Assembly: GCA_963752285.1 (NCBI GenBank) | Contig: CAVVXN010000005.1 | Span: 352,001 to 416,000 of the forward strand | From: an uncultured Planctomycetota bacterium | GTDB taxonomy: Bacteria > Planctomycetota > PLA2 > JAEUHO01 | DNA length: 64,000 nt | Reading direction: 5' to 3' | Part shown: positions 19,206 through 28,166 of the stretch, in pieces | Numbering within the stretch: position 1 is the stretch's first letter | Layout of the letters: each line of letters begins with the position of its first letter | The notes under the pieces: generated by a model | What the model saw: the letters and a program-made list of their open reading frames with translations, nothing else | Databases searched by the model: none | What the model was told of the DNA's origin: nothing | Position numbers and translations under genes: made by a program

Positions 19206-20048
19206 TCAGGTCTGGAGCTGGGGCTTCGCGTGGAGGACGGGCATCGCAAGAAGGTACTCGTGCGACGGGCCCTCCGTGCTCCCGGCGAACTCGTCGTACG
19301 GTCCGTCGAACGACACGCCGCCGCCGTGGAGCATCACGACGCGCGGGTGCAGCCGCCGAAGGAGGTCCCGGTCGTGCGTGATGAGGATCGTCGTGCGCGG
19401 CACGCCGTCCCGCCGCGGCCGGAAGTGGGTGTCCCAGATCAGCTCGTGCAGGTGCGCGGAGGTGACGGGATCGAGGCCGGTCGTGGGCTCGTCGTAGAAC
19501 ACGACGATCGGGTCCTGCGCCAGGGCGCGCGCGACCGCGACCCGCTTGGCCATGCCGCCCGAGAGCTCGTCCCGTTCCTTGAGGACGACGTCGTCCACGT
19601 CGAGCGAGACGGCGGCGAGGCTGTCGCGCACCCGGTCGCGGATCTCGCGCGAGCCGAGACGTGTGTGTTCGCGGAGCCAGATCGCGCAGTTCTCGTACAC
19701 CGTCCCCGAGAAGAGGGCGTTCTTCTGGAAGACGACCGCCCACGCGAGCCGGACCTCGTCCCGTCCGTCTTCGTCGAGCGCCGCGAGGTCCACGAGGGGC
19801 TCGCCCTTCCGCCGGTGGTTCACCACGAGCACACGCCCCTCGCTCGGCGGGAGAAGACCCGTGAGGATCTGGAGCAGCACGGTCTTTCCGCACCCGCTCG
19901 CGCCCACGATCGCCAGGATCTCGCCGCGGCGGACCCGGAGGTCCACGCGCCTCAGCACGCGCCGCCCGTCGAAGGTCCTGCCGACGCCCTCGGCCTGGAT
20001 CTCGACGGGGACGGGTGCAGCCGGGTCTGTCGTCGCCCGCGTGACCAT
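19206..20048 (-). CDS. ABC transporter ATP-binding protein, MlaF/Mkl-like
   Basis: Walker A GASGCGKT; VFQKNALF; LSGGMAKRVAVARA; FYDEPTTGLDP; ITHD. Confidence 0.9.
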   Translation of the reverse strand: MVTRATTDPAAPVPVEIQAEGVGRTFDGRRVLRRVDLRVRRGEILAIVGASGCGKTVLLQILTGLLPPSEGRVLVVNHRRKGEPLVDLAALDEDGRDEVRLAWAVVFQKNALFSGTVYENCAIWLREHTRLGSREIRDRVRDSLAAVSLDVDDVVLKERDELSGGMAKRVAVARALAQDPIVVFYDEPTTGLDPVTSAHLHELIWDTHFRPRRDGVPRTTILITHDRDLLRRLHPRVVMLHGGGVSFDGPYDEFAGSTEGPSHEYLLAMPVLHAKPQLQT

Positions 20049-20054
20049 GCGGCG

Positions 20055-20060
20055 ATTATA
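20055..20060 (-). promoter_or_regulatory. Consensus -10 box TATAAT 6 nt before ATG (leaderless promoter)
   Basis: Minus strand TATAAT-CGCCGC-ATG(20048); no SD. Confidence 0.7.
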
Positions 20061-20195
20061 GTCGGGGCGACCTCGCGGCCACGTAGGTCGGAGGGGCCGG
20101 GCGAGACGTGGCCATGGCCCTCGCGCTGCCGAGTCCTGGGCGGCCGCGTCGCTCTGGTCGCGGCGTCCGCGCGTCCGCGGGGGGGGAGCCGGCGC

Positions 20196-20657
20196 TCAGA
20201 GAAACGGCGCCCAGTCGATCTTCAGGATCGCGACGACCGCGGCCACGCCGAATCCGTACGCGAGGTGGCCTGCGACGTGCGCGACCGCCACCTCTACGCT
20301 CGCGCCGCGGAATTGCGGAAGCGGGTGCCGCTCGGAGACCACCGACAGGAGGATGAAGCTCATCACGAGCCCGTGCGCGAACCCGAGGAGTGCGCCGAGG
20401 CCCAACGTGAGGAGGGGGCCGCCGTGCGCGAGCCCGCTCAGGACCGCAGCGTAGGGGAACGCGAAGACGACCCCGGCCAGGAGGTGGATCAGGAGACCGG
20501 GCGCGAGCGCGTTCTCGTACGAGCGGGTCGCGAAGCTCCCGATCGCGCGGATCATGTCGGCGTTCGCCCATCCGCTGCGGTGGATGCTCGCCATGACGGC
20601 GCTCATCAGGGCCGTCCCGACGAGACCCGCGACTGCGGTTTCCAGGATCGGGACCAT
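20196..20657 (-). CDS. Small multi-pass membrane protein
   Basis: AGLVGTALMS...DMIRAIGS...GLLIHLLAGVVFAFPY...GHLAYG; about four TM helices. Confidence 0.75.
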   Translation of the reverse strand: MVPILETAVAGLVGTALMSAVMASIHRSGWANADMIRAIGSFATRSYENALAPGLLIHLLAGVVFAFPYAAVLSGLAHGGPLLTLGLGALLGFAHGLVMSFILLSVVSERHPLPQFRGASVEVAVAHVAGHLAYGFGVAAVVAILKIDWAPFL

Positions 20658-20803
20658 CCACCGGCTCCTCGGCAGGGGGGGCAGGCCCGGCGGCCGGCCC
20701 ACGAGCCCCCGCCCGGACGGGGCCACGCCGGGCGGCATCCGCGCGCCCGGAGCCAGGATAGGCCGCGCCGCCGCCGGGCGGCCCCGCGAGATCCCGAACC
20801 GGA

Positions 20804-20839
20804 ACGAAGGACTCTGGTGGACCCGACACCGCCCGGGTA
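20804..20839 (+). promoter_or_regulatory. Conserved upstream motif of pilin-like gene 1
   Basis: ACGAAGGACTCTGG-N2-GACCC-N10-GGGTA, same spacing as 21586-21621. Confidence 0.6.
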
Positions 20840-20925
20840 GGAATGCCGCGCCCACGCGTCGTGGGCCCGCCCCGTCGGGGTGGAAACGGTCGTGACCCCC
20901 GTGTCGGGCGGTCCAGGGGAGGTAC

Positions 20926-21492
20926 GTGAGAATGCTCGAGACCAGAACGCATCGTCGTTCACGCACGCGCGGTTTCACGCTGATCGAGCTGCTCGTCGTG
21001 ATCGCGATCATCGCGATCCTGATCGGGCTGCTGCTGCCGGCCGTCCAGAAGGTCCGGGAGGCCGCGGGCCGCATGTCGGAGACGAACAGCGACGTCCTGA
21101 CGAGCACGGCGTCGCAGGTGGCCGATCTCGCCGACGACGTGCAGACGTCGGCGGCGGATCTCCGCGACGGGTTGCTCCTTCCTGCGATCCAGGGAACGGA
21201 CTTCGGGGCGGACGACCTCGGGGCGTTCCTCGACGAGAACCAGCGGCAGCGCGAGACCGTCGCACAGATCCTGCCGAACCTCGCGCCGGGCAACTTCGCC
21301 CACGCGAGCCGGGAGGTCAAGGCGACGGCGCGCGACGCCCGTCAGGCGCTCCACGAGCTCGACGTCGCGTTGCACCAGATGGCGATCCGGATGCGGTTCC
21401 TCCGGCGCGTGCTCTCGAACGACGACGGGAACGACGACGCCGACGGGAGCGACGACGACGGCGACGACGGGAACCCGACCGGCGCGAACTGA
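20926..21492 (+). CDS. Prepilin-type N-terminal cleavage/methylation protein, paralog 1
   Basis: [43 protein letters not shown] (start 20926 or 20932); helical body, Asp-rich tail. Confidence 0.9.
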   Translation: MRMLETRTHRRSRTRGFTLIELLVVIAIIAILIGLLLPAVQKVREAAGRMSETNSDVLTSTASQVADLADDVQTSAADLRDGLLLPAIQGTDFGADDLGAFLDENQRQRETVAQILPNLAPGNFAHASREVKATARDARQALHELDVALHQMAIRMRFLRRVLSNDDGNDDADGSDDDGDDGNPTGAN

Positions 21493-21530
21493 CGCGTCGG
21501 GGCGCCGAACCCGGCCCCCGCCGGGGGCGA

Positions 21531-21556
21531 GAGCCCGGGCGAAGGCGCCCGGGCTC
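21531..21556. terminator. Perfect 11-bp hairpin between the pilin-like genes (no U-tract)
   Basis: GAGCCCGGGCG-AAGG-CGCCCGGGCTC. Confidence 0.45.
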
Positions 21557-21585
21557 CGCCCGCTTGGCCCTCCCAGCCTTCCCGG

Positions 21586-21621
21586 ACGAAGGACTCTGGC
21601 CGAACCTCCGTCCGAGGGGTA
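21586..21621 (+). promoter_or_regulatory. Conserved upstream motif of pilin-like gene 2
   Basis: ACGAAGGACTCTGG-N2-GAACC-N10-GGGTA. Confidence 0.6.
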
Positions 21622-21717
21622 TTCCACTCCTCCCGCCCCTCGGCGGGGCCGCCTCCCCGGGAGGCGACGGTTCCGAGCGGTCCCCGACTCGGGGCGCTCT
21701 CGGGGAGGTATGTAGAG

Positions 21718-22230
21718 ATGAGAGGAATCCTGGAACGCCCGCGCGTCCGTGCGCGGGGCTTCACGCTGATCGAGCTGCTCGTCGTGATCGCGATCATCGC
21801 GATCCTGATCGGACTGCTGCTGCCGGCCGTCCAGAAGGTCCGCGAGGCGGCGTCGCGGATGTCGCAGTCGAACAACGAGGTGCTGGCGGGGCTCTCCGCC
21901 CAGATGCTGGACGTCGCGGACGGAGTGCAGTCGGCGGGCGAGGACATCCGCGACGGACTGCTCCTTCCCGCGATCCAGCAGGGGGACATCAGCCCGGACG
22001 TCCTGAGCAAGCTCCTTCCGGCCATCCAGCGCCAGCAGGAGTCGATCGACCAGATCCTGCCGTACATCGAGCAGTCCTCGTTCACGGGGCTCACCCGCGA
22101 CGAGCGCACGTCGCTGCTGCTGGCGCGGAGGGCGCTCCACCAGATGCAGGTGGGCCTCCGTCAGGTGGAGGTGAGACTGCAGTTCCTGCAGGGGCTGTTC
22201 GGAGACGGGAGCGTTCTCACCGCCAACTGA
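21718..22230 (+). CDS. Prepilin-type N-terminal cleavage/methylation protein, paralog 2
   Basis: Same [32 protein letters not shown] leader; GGGGAGG RBS; colinear with paralog 1. Confidence 0.9.
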   Translation: MRGILERPRVRARGFTLIELLVVIAIIAILIGLLLPAVQKVREAASRMSQSNNEVLAGLSAQMLDVADGVQSAGEDIRDGLLLPAIQQGDISPDVLSKLLPAIQRQQESIDQILPYIEQSSFTGLTRDERTSLLLARRALHQMQVGLRQVEVRLQFLQGLFGDGSVLTAN

Positions 22231-22251
22231 GCGACCTCGGTCGAGGCCGTC

Positions 22252-22767
22252 TCAGCTCATGTGGTCGTAGCGTTCGGGCTCGTCGTCCAGGACGACGAGC
22301 TCGACGCCCGCCTCCCGGAGCAGGCCCACGCTGTCGTGGTCCGCGTGGTAGCGCCGGAGGCAGACGACCTTTCGGATGCCCGCGTTGATCAGGAGCTTCG
22401 TGCAGTCGAGGCACGGGGTCATCCGGGTGTAGATCGTCGCGCCGTCGATGGGGGGGCCGAACCGCGCCGCCTGCGCGATGGCGTTCGCCTCGGCGTGCGT
22501 CGTCCGGACGCAGTGCTTGTGCTGTCCGCCGCGCTCGTCGTACGACACCTTGATGAGGTGCCCCACCTCGTCACAGGTCGGGAGGCCCGCCGGCGCGCCG
22601 ACGTAGCCCGTCGCGATGACGCGCTTGTCCTTCACGATCACGGCGGCGGCGCGCCCGCGGTCGCAGTTCGCGCGCTTCGCGACCGTCTCCATGATCTCGA
22701 GGAAGTACGCCTGCCATTCGGGGCGGTGGTGATCCGGGTTCTGACCGTAGACGAGGTCCTCAGCCAT
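22252..22767 (-). CDS. dCMP deaminase (ComEB/DCD family)
   Basis: RPEWQAYFL, IATGYVG, HAEANAI, TPCLDC zinc motifs; start overlaps the upstream stop. Confidence 0.93.
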   Translation of the reverse strand: MAEDLVYGQNPDHHRPEWQAYFLEIMETVAKRANCDRGRAAAVIVKDKRVIATGYVGAPAGLPTCDEVGHLIKVSYDERGGQHKHCVRTTHAEANAIAQAARFGPPIDGATIYTRMTPCLDCTKLLINAGIRKVVCLRRYHADHDSVGLLREAGVELVVLDDEPERYDHMS

Positions 22768-23308
22768 CGATCCCATCCAGGAGCGCGACGACCCGCCGCT
22801 CGAGGTCCTCGAGCGAGCCGTCGTTCTCGATCACGTGGTCGGCCTCGGCGATGGTCGCCTCGAGCTGCTGCGAGGTCGGGTCGCTGCCGTTCTCCCGGGC
22901 CTCCAGGGCGAGGAAGGCCTCGAGTGTCGCGGGCGCGCCCTCACGCCGCCCGCGGACGTGCTCGCGCTCGAAACGCACCTCCGGAGAGGCCGTGACGGCG
23001 AGGAGGTGGAAGCCCGGAAGACCGCGGAGCGAGGCGACCTCGGCCCGGTTCCGCACGCTGACGAGGCACACGCGGTCGCCCGCGATCCTTCGCTTCATCC
23101 GCTCCGCGAGGGCGGCCGGCCCCTCGTGCCGGCGAAGCTCGTTCCCCACCGCGATCAACGCCTCGCGCGTGATGGGCCGGCCGCGGTCCCTCAGCTCGTC
23201 GCGGAGCGCGTCCGAGAGGCTCAGGCGCGCGAACCCCCGACGCTCGAGCACGTCGGCGACGGAGTCCTTGCCCGCGCAGTTCTTGCCCGTGATGCCGAGG
23301 ACGATGAT
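22760..23308 (-). CDS. P-loop nucleotide kinase (dNMP/dephospho-CoA-kinase-like AAA family)
   Basis: IVLGITGKNCAGKDSV, LSLSDALRDEL, ADHVIENDGSLEDL; start anomalous (ATC at 23308 after GGAGG; GTG 23353 possible). Confidence 0.85.
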   Translation of the reverse strand: MIVLGITGKNCAGKDSVADVLERRGFARLSLSDALRDELRDRGRPITREALIAVGNELRRHEGPAALAERMKRRIAGDRVCLVSVRNRAEVASLRGLPGFHLLAVTASPEVRFEREHVRGRREGAPATLEAFLALEARENGSDPTSQQLEATIAEADHVIENDGSLEDLERRVVALLDGIDG

Positions 23309-23383
23309 GGGGGCCTCCCAGAGGCGCCATGGGATACCCGACCCCGCCGACACCGTCCCGGCCCGCGGGGGACCGGCCGTCGT

Positions 23384-24739
23384 CTACCCGTCCCGCCCGC
23401 GGTGCGCCTCCCAGAACGCGCGGATCGCGCCCACGGCGGTCCGGCGCGTCTCTTCCGGGGCGTCGGGGGCCCAGCCCGTCGCGGCGAACGAGATCGTGCG
23501 GTAGGGGAAGAGGGCCGCGAGGACGCCCTCGAGCCGCTTCCCGGCCTCGGTGCGCACGCCGACGTGCGGGTCCTCGAGGGCGTCGAGGAGGGGTTCCACC
23601 GCCGCGTCCTCGCGAAAGCCCCCGAGAATGCGTGCGGCCTCCACGCGCTCGGCGGGGGCGCCCTTCGCGAGGGCCAGGAGGACCACCGGGAGGCCCGCGT
23701 CGTCGTCCCGGCGTCGCAGGGCCTCCGCCGCCCAGAGCCGGCGCGAGACGCTCGGCTGCTCGAGGAGGGGACGGAGGGTCTCGCCGGTCAGGGGACCTGC
23801 GAGCGCGACGAGGGCGTCGAACGCGGCGCGCGCCACGGTCGTGTTTCGGTGGGAGACGAGCTTCTGGAGCGCGGGCCGCGCGTTCGTGTCGTGGTACCGG
23901 GCGAGGACGCCGATCCACCGGACGGCGATCCATGGGCTCGGCTCGACCGCCAGGCGTTCCGCCACCGCGTCGAGCACGACGGGAGGCACGCGAGCGAGCG
24001 GTTCGAGCAGCTCCTCCACGACCGCGAGCTCCGCGAGACCGATGCCCGCAGCGATCGCCTTCGCGAGGTCGTCGGCGCGTGGCGCGAGGCCCATGCGGAG
24101 GAGGTACGCCGCGCCCATCGCGCGTACGCCCGCGCGGGGATCGGAGAGCAACCGCGTCGCGCGGACCATCGTCGCGCGGTCCTGGCGGATCTGCATGCGC
24201 CGGAGGACGGCCGCGACGACCGCGATCGGCTGTCCCGGGGCCACGAGGGACCGCGCGGCGTCGAGCGCTTCGGGCGGAGACGCGGTCGGCAGACGGGCCA
24301 GCATCCAGAGGCGGGGCGTCTGGGGCACGTCGGGCGCCGTGAGCGCCGCCACCAGCACGGGCCGCGCGTTCTCGTCGCCGTGCCCCACGAGCTGCGTCGC
24401 GGCCGCGAAGCGGAGGTACGGCGACGACGCGTCCAGGAGCGCCCGCCACGCGCGGCGCGAGGCCTCGTACGGATACGCGTCGAGCACGAGTACGCCGTAG
24501 TACTGCGCGACGTCGTCGAAGCCGGGCAGCGCGCGCGCGAGGAGGGCGGGAGCCTCGGGTGGCCTTCCCCGCACGAGCGCCCCGTACGCCCGGCTGCGAA
24601 CCTGCGCATCGGGGTCGCCGAGGTCGCGGACCGAGTCGGCCACGGACCCGGCGAGGGCGGGGCGCGCCCAGGCCCCGAGCAGCAGGAGGGCCGCCCCGAG
24701 GGCGAGCGGGATGCGGGCGGCGCGCGACCGGGCGTCCAC
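23384..24739 (-). CDS. Secreted HEAT/PBS-lyase repeat protein
   Basis: Signal peptide; DLGDPDAQVRSRA, LLSDPRAGVRAMGA, ALEDPHVGVRTEA. Confidence 0.85.
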   Translation of the reverse strand: MDARSRAARIPLALGAALLLLGAWARPALAGSVADSVRDLGDPDAQVRSRAYGALVRGRPPEAPALLARALPGFDDVAQYYGVLVLDAYPYEASRRAWRALLDASSPYLRFAAATQLVGHGDENARPVLVAALTAPDVPQTPRLWMLARLPTASPPEALDAARSLVAPGQPIAVVAAVLRRMQIRQDRATMVRATRLLSDPRAGVRAMGAAYLLRMGLAPRADDLAKAIAAGIGLAELAVVEELLEPLARVPPVVLDAVAERLAVEPSPWIAVRWIGVLARYHDTNARPALQKLVSHRNTTVARAAFDALVALAGPLTGETLRPLLEQPSVSRRLWAAEALRRRDDDAGLPVVLLALAKGAPAERVEAARILGGFREDAAVEPLLDALEDPHVGVRTEAGKRLEGVLAALFPYRTISFAATGWAPDAPEETRRTAVGAIRAFWEAHRGRDG

Positions 24740-24743
24740 GGCG

Positions 24744-26450
24744 TCAGCCTCCCGAAGCGGGCGTCGCGGCGCCGCCTCCGGACGAGGCGCCCGGTCGGGC
24801 GGGGCGCTCGGGGAGCGTCACCGCGGCGTCCGTGTCGGAGAGGTCGGGTTTCCGATGGGGCGTCGGACCGCCCGGACGCACGACGAGATAGAACCGCGCG
24901 AGGCCGGTCCGACGTGCCGCCAGGAGGAACGGCGTGTGGGCGTACCGCGTCTCGTACCCGTCCCACACCTCGCAGAGGCGGTCGAGCGCGGCGCGGGTCG
25001 CGGCCCCCCCCGGCAGATGGAGTTCGAGGAAGGGACGGGGACCGTGGCACAGGCTGAGCATCCGGCACCCGATCTCCTGCCAACGGGTGCCGTCCGGGTA
25101 CGGCCAGACCTCGGGCGGCTGCACGTCTTTCGCCCGCGTGGCGACCCATCTCGGGGCGACCTCCGTGGCGAACGCCTCGAACAGCACGAGGTTCGTGCGC
25201 GTGACGTAGCCGAGCAGTCGGGTCGTCTCGGCGAGGGCCCGGCAGCGATCGAGACCGCCTCCCTTCTCCTCCGCGTGACGGATCCCCGCCTCGAGCTGCT
25301 TCAGGATGACGTCCAGGGCCACGAGCAGGCGGCGCGCGTGCGCCGCCTCGCTCGGGAACGCGACCGACCACCCGAGGCCGGACCAGCCGGCGTAGGCGAG
25401 CTCCTCGACGCGGACGCCGTTGCTCGACCGGCGGAGACCGGGCTTCGCGTAGACGAGGTCGTAGCGGGCGAGCTGTTCCCACGCGTCGAGCGTCGCCTCG
25501 TAGTACGGGTCCGCGGCCTCGGTCGCGATCGCCTCCCGTCGCGACAGCGCGAGTGGGGCGAGCGCCCGGAGACGGTGCGTCTGGTACGTCTCGTTCGTCG
25601 GGACGTGGTCGCCGTCGCAGAACGGGCACGTGCCCCAGTAGGGGTCGATGCACGTGTGCGTCCGGTCGGTCACGGGGTAGTAGACGTAGACCTTCCCGGC
25701 CGTCGCCGCGGCGAGGCGCGTGAGCCCGTACATGGCGAAGCCGCTCGGCACCGAGAGCGCGCCCGGCGCGGCCTGGTAGCGGAAGCCCCACGGCAGCTCG
25801 ATGAACGCGCCCTCCGCGCCGGTGAACGTCGTGCCCTTGGGGCCCCGCGGCTGGCGGAACGCCCACCACGGATCGCTCAAGAACGCCTCGCGCGCGACGA
25901 CCGAGCACCGGACCTGTGCCCGCGAGAGGGCGCCGACCGTCGCCTCGAGGTCGTCCTCGGCGTCGCCGTTCTCGAGCGTGACGAGGACGAGCTCCCGGAG
26001 GCCCCGTTCGCGCTTGAGCACGGGCAGGACCCGGCGGACGTCCGCGTAGACGTCCTGGAAGCGCGTGGCCGGGCGCGCACAGATCTCGCGCACCGTGCGC
26101 CGCACGGCCGCGTAGTCGGAGGTCGGCGGGAGGACCGGCCGACCCTCGTCTCCGACGAGCGCCACACCGAGGCGCGTGTTGGCGAGACCGTCGGCGTCGC
26201 GCTCCATCGCCTGCTCGAGTCGCGCCGGGAGCTCGCTCTGGATCAGCGACGGGGTCACGTCCACGAGCAGGAGCACGCTGCGGCCGTCCGCACCGACGGG
26301 TCGGCTCGGGAGCAGCACGAGGTCGAGGATCTTGTCGATCGTGCGACCGCGCTCCGTGACGTCGGCCGCGGTGAGGAGGGTCTCGTTCCCCGCGCGGGCC
26401 GTGGGGGCGAGCGCGAGCGCCAGGAGGACGAGGAGGACGCGAATCCGCAC
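24744..26450 (-). CDS. Secreted vWA-like domain protein with Cys/His cluster
   Basis: Signal peptide MRIRVLLVLLALALAPTARA; VLLLVDVTPS (MIDAS-like), LVLVTLENGD, LAAATAGKVY; HTC...TCPFCDGDH. Confidence 0.7.
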   Translation of the reverse strand: MRIRVLLVLLALALAPTARAGNETLLTAADVTERGRTIDKILDLVLLPSRPVGADGRSVLLLVDVTPSLIQSELPARLEQAMERDADGLANTRLGVALVGDEGRPVLPPTSDYAAVRRTVREICARPATRFQDVYADVRRVLPVLKRERGLRELVLVTLENGDAEDDLEATVGALSRAQVRCSVVAREAFLSDPWWAFRQPRGPKGTTFTGAEGAFIELPWGFRYQAAPGALSVPSGFAMYGLTRLAAATAGKVYVYYPVTDRTHTCIDPYWGTCPFCDGDHVPTNETYQTHRLRALAPLALSRREAIATEAADPYYEATLDAWEQLARYDLVYAKPGLRRSSNGVRVEELAYAGWSGLGWSVAFPSEAAHARRLLVALDVILKQLEAGIRHAEEKGGGLDRCRALAETTRLLGYVTRTNLVLFEAFATEVAPRWVATRAKDVQPPEVWPYPDGTRWQEIGCRMLSLCHGPRPFLELHLPGGAATRAALDRLCEVWDGYETRYAHTPFLLAARRTGLARFYLVVRPGGPTPHRKPDLSDTDAAVTLPERPARPGASSGGGAATPASGG

Positions 26451-26559
26451 GGGGGCGGCAGGCTACCATCCCCGCGGTCGAGCGGCCACCGGACCCGGCT
26501 TCGGCGCGCGTTCCGCCGCGACGTGGCGCGGCCCCGACGACGGTTTATCCTCGGCCGCG

Positions 26560-27999
26560 ATGAGCGCCGCGCCCCGCAGGCTCGGGATCCTCCTCGCGCT
26601 CGCACTCCCGTTCCTCGCGGGTTCCCCCCCCGCGCGGGCGGACGGATGGAGCGACGCGAGGAAGGAGTTCCGCAAGGCCCAGAAGGACCCCGACTACAAG
26701 GTGCGGCAGACCTCCTACCTCCCGATCCTCGACTACGACGGGAAGGAGGCTGTCGAGGAGGTGCTCCGCGCGATGGGCCGCGAGGAGAACCCGGCGGTGC
26801 TCCTCTCGGCGATGGAGACCCTCGCGCTCTTCCAGTCGCCGAAGGCCGTCGAGGCGCTCCTCGACGCCCTCCGCTCGGCGAAGGGCGACGAGCGCCTCTA
26901 CCTCGTGATGTCGCTCGGCAAGCGCGTGGACGACGTCGGCACGAACGACCTCCTCGAGCTCGCGCGCGGCAAGGACGACATGCTCGCGGCTCAGGCCGCG
27001 CTCTCGCTGGGGCAGCGACACGTGATGGCCGCGCTGCCCGAGCTCGTAGACCTCTTGAAGTCCGACACGTGGCAGCTCCGCGCCGCCGGCGCGCGGGCCA
27101 TCCTGGCCCTCGCCGGGCCCGTGCCGGACAAGCCCAAGCCGGGGGAGAAGCCGAAGCCATTCCTGCCGGCGGGAATCGACGTCGACGTGCTCCTTCCCGT
27201 GACGGCGGAGGCCCTGGGGCTTGCGGACGGGCGGGACCGGGAGGATCTCATCGAGGTCCTGGAGCGCTTGACCGGGCGCGCCTACGGCAACGACATCGCG
27301 GCCTGGAAGGCGCTCGCCTCCGGGACCCCGCCCGCCCAGATCACGCCGCAGCCCGACCCGACGCCCTACATCTGCGGCGTCCCGATCCTCGGCCGCCGCG
27401 TCGTGATCGTGATCGACATCAGCACGTGCACCGACGACACCCATCCGTTCGGCGCCGGCGAGCGGTTGAAGGAGGTGTGCGCCGTGCCGGGGGCGCGGAA
27501 CGTCCCGTGGTACTCGATCCGCACGACGAAGCAGTTCATCGCCGCCGTGTCGAAGCGTCTCGTCCAGGACCTCCCCGCCAGCGCGAGATTCGACGTCATC
27601 GCGGACTACCAGAAGGCGGAACCGCTCTTCGGTCGCCTGACGCCCGCGAACCCCGGCAACGAGAAGAAGGCCGGCGAGTGGATCGAGGGCCTCGCGGTGC
27701 AGAACGGGCCAGACCACTACACCGCGCTGATGGCGGCGCTCGACATCTCGGGGGCCCGCAACAACATCGCCTGGTCTCTCGGTCCCGACGAGGTCGTCCT
27801 CCTCACCTGCGCCATCCCCTGGGCCCCGAAGGACCCGAACGCGATCGTCGGCCAGGACGAGGTCGGCCGGATCGTCGGGCTCAAGGCGCGCATGCGGATG
27901 GTGGCGGTCCACTCGATCGGGGTCGGGCCCCACCCCTTCGGGATGATGCGGACCATCGCGGAGCTGACCGGGGGCCGGTACGTGGACCTCTCCAAGTAG
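26560..27999 (+). CDS. Secreted HEAT-repeat plus C-terminal vWA domain protein (non-canonical MIDAS)
   Basis: Signal peptide; LLKSDTWQLRAAGA; GVPILGRRVVIVIDISTC, VVLLTC, VHSIGVG, IAELTGGRY. Confidence 0.85.
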   Translation: MSAAPRRLGILLALALPFLAGSPPARADGWSDARKEFRKAQKDPDYKVRQTSYLPILDYDGKEAVEEVLRAMGREENPAVLLSAMETLALFQSPKAVEALLDALRSAKGDERLYLVMSLGKRVDDVGTNDLLELARGKDDMLAAQAALSLGQRHVMAALPELVDLLKSDTWQLRAAGARAILALAGPVPDKPKPGEKPKPFLPAGIDVDVLLPVTAEALGLADGRDREDLIEVLERLTGRAYGNDIAAWKALASGTPPAQITPQPDPTPYICGVPILGRRVVIVIDISTCTDDTHPFGAGERLKEVCAVPGARNVPWYSIRTTKQFIAAVSKRLVQDLPASARFDVIADYQKAEPLFGRLTPANPGNEKKAGEWIEGLAVQNGPDHYTALMAALDISGARNNIAWSLGPDEVVLLTCAIPWAPKDPNAIVGQDEVGRIVGLKARMRMVAVHSIGVGPHPFGMMRTIAELTGGRYVDLSK

Positions 28000-28126
28000 G
28001 CGGGGGGCCGGACCCGCGCGCCCGGACCGTTCGGGCCGGTTCGGTACGGGTTCCCATCCGGGGGCCGGGAGAGGCCCCGGGGCGGGCGGCCGGGAGCCCC
28101 GGTCGTAGGAGCCGCGACGGGGGGGG

Positions 28127-28135
28127 TGCTAGACT
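28127..28135 (+). promoter_or_regulatory. Extended -10 promoter (TGnTAGACT)
   Basis: TGCTAGACT about 30 nt upstream of the GGAGAGG RBS and ATG 28167; TAGACT also at 50843 and 60819 ahead of genes. Confidence 0.5.
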
Positions 28136-28166
28136 TCATCTGGACCCATCCCGAAGGGAGAGGACC

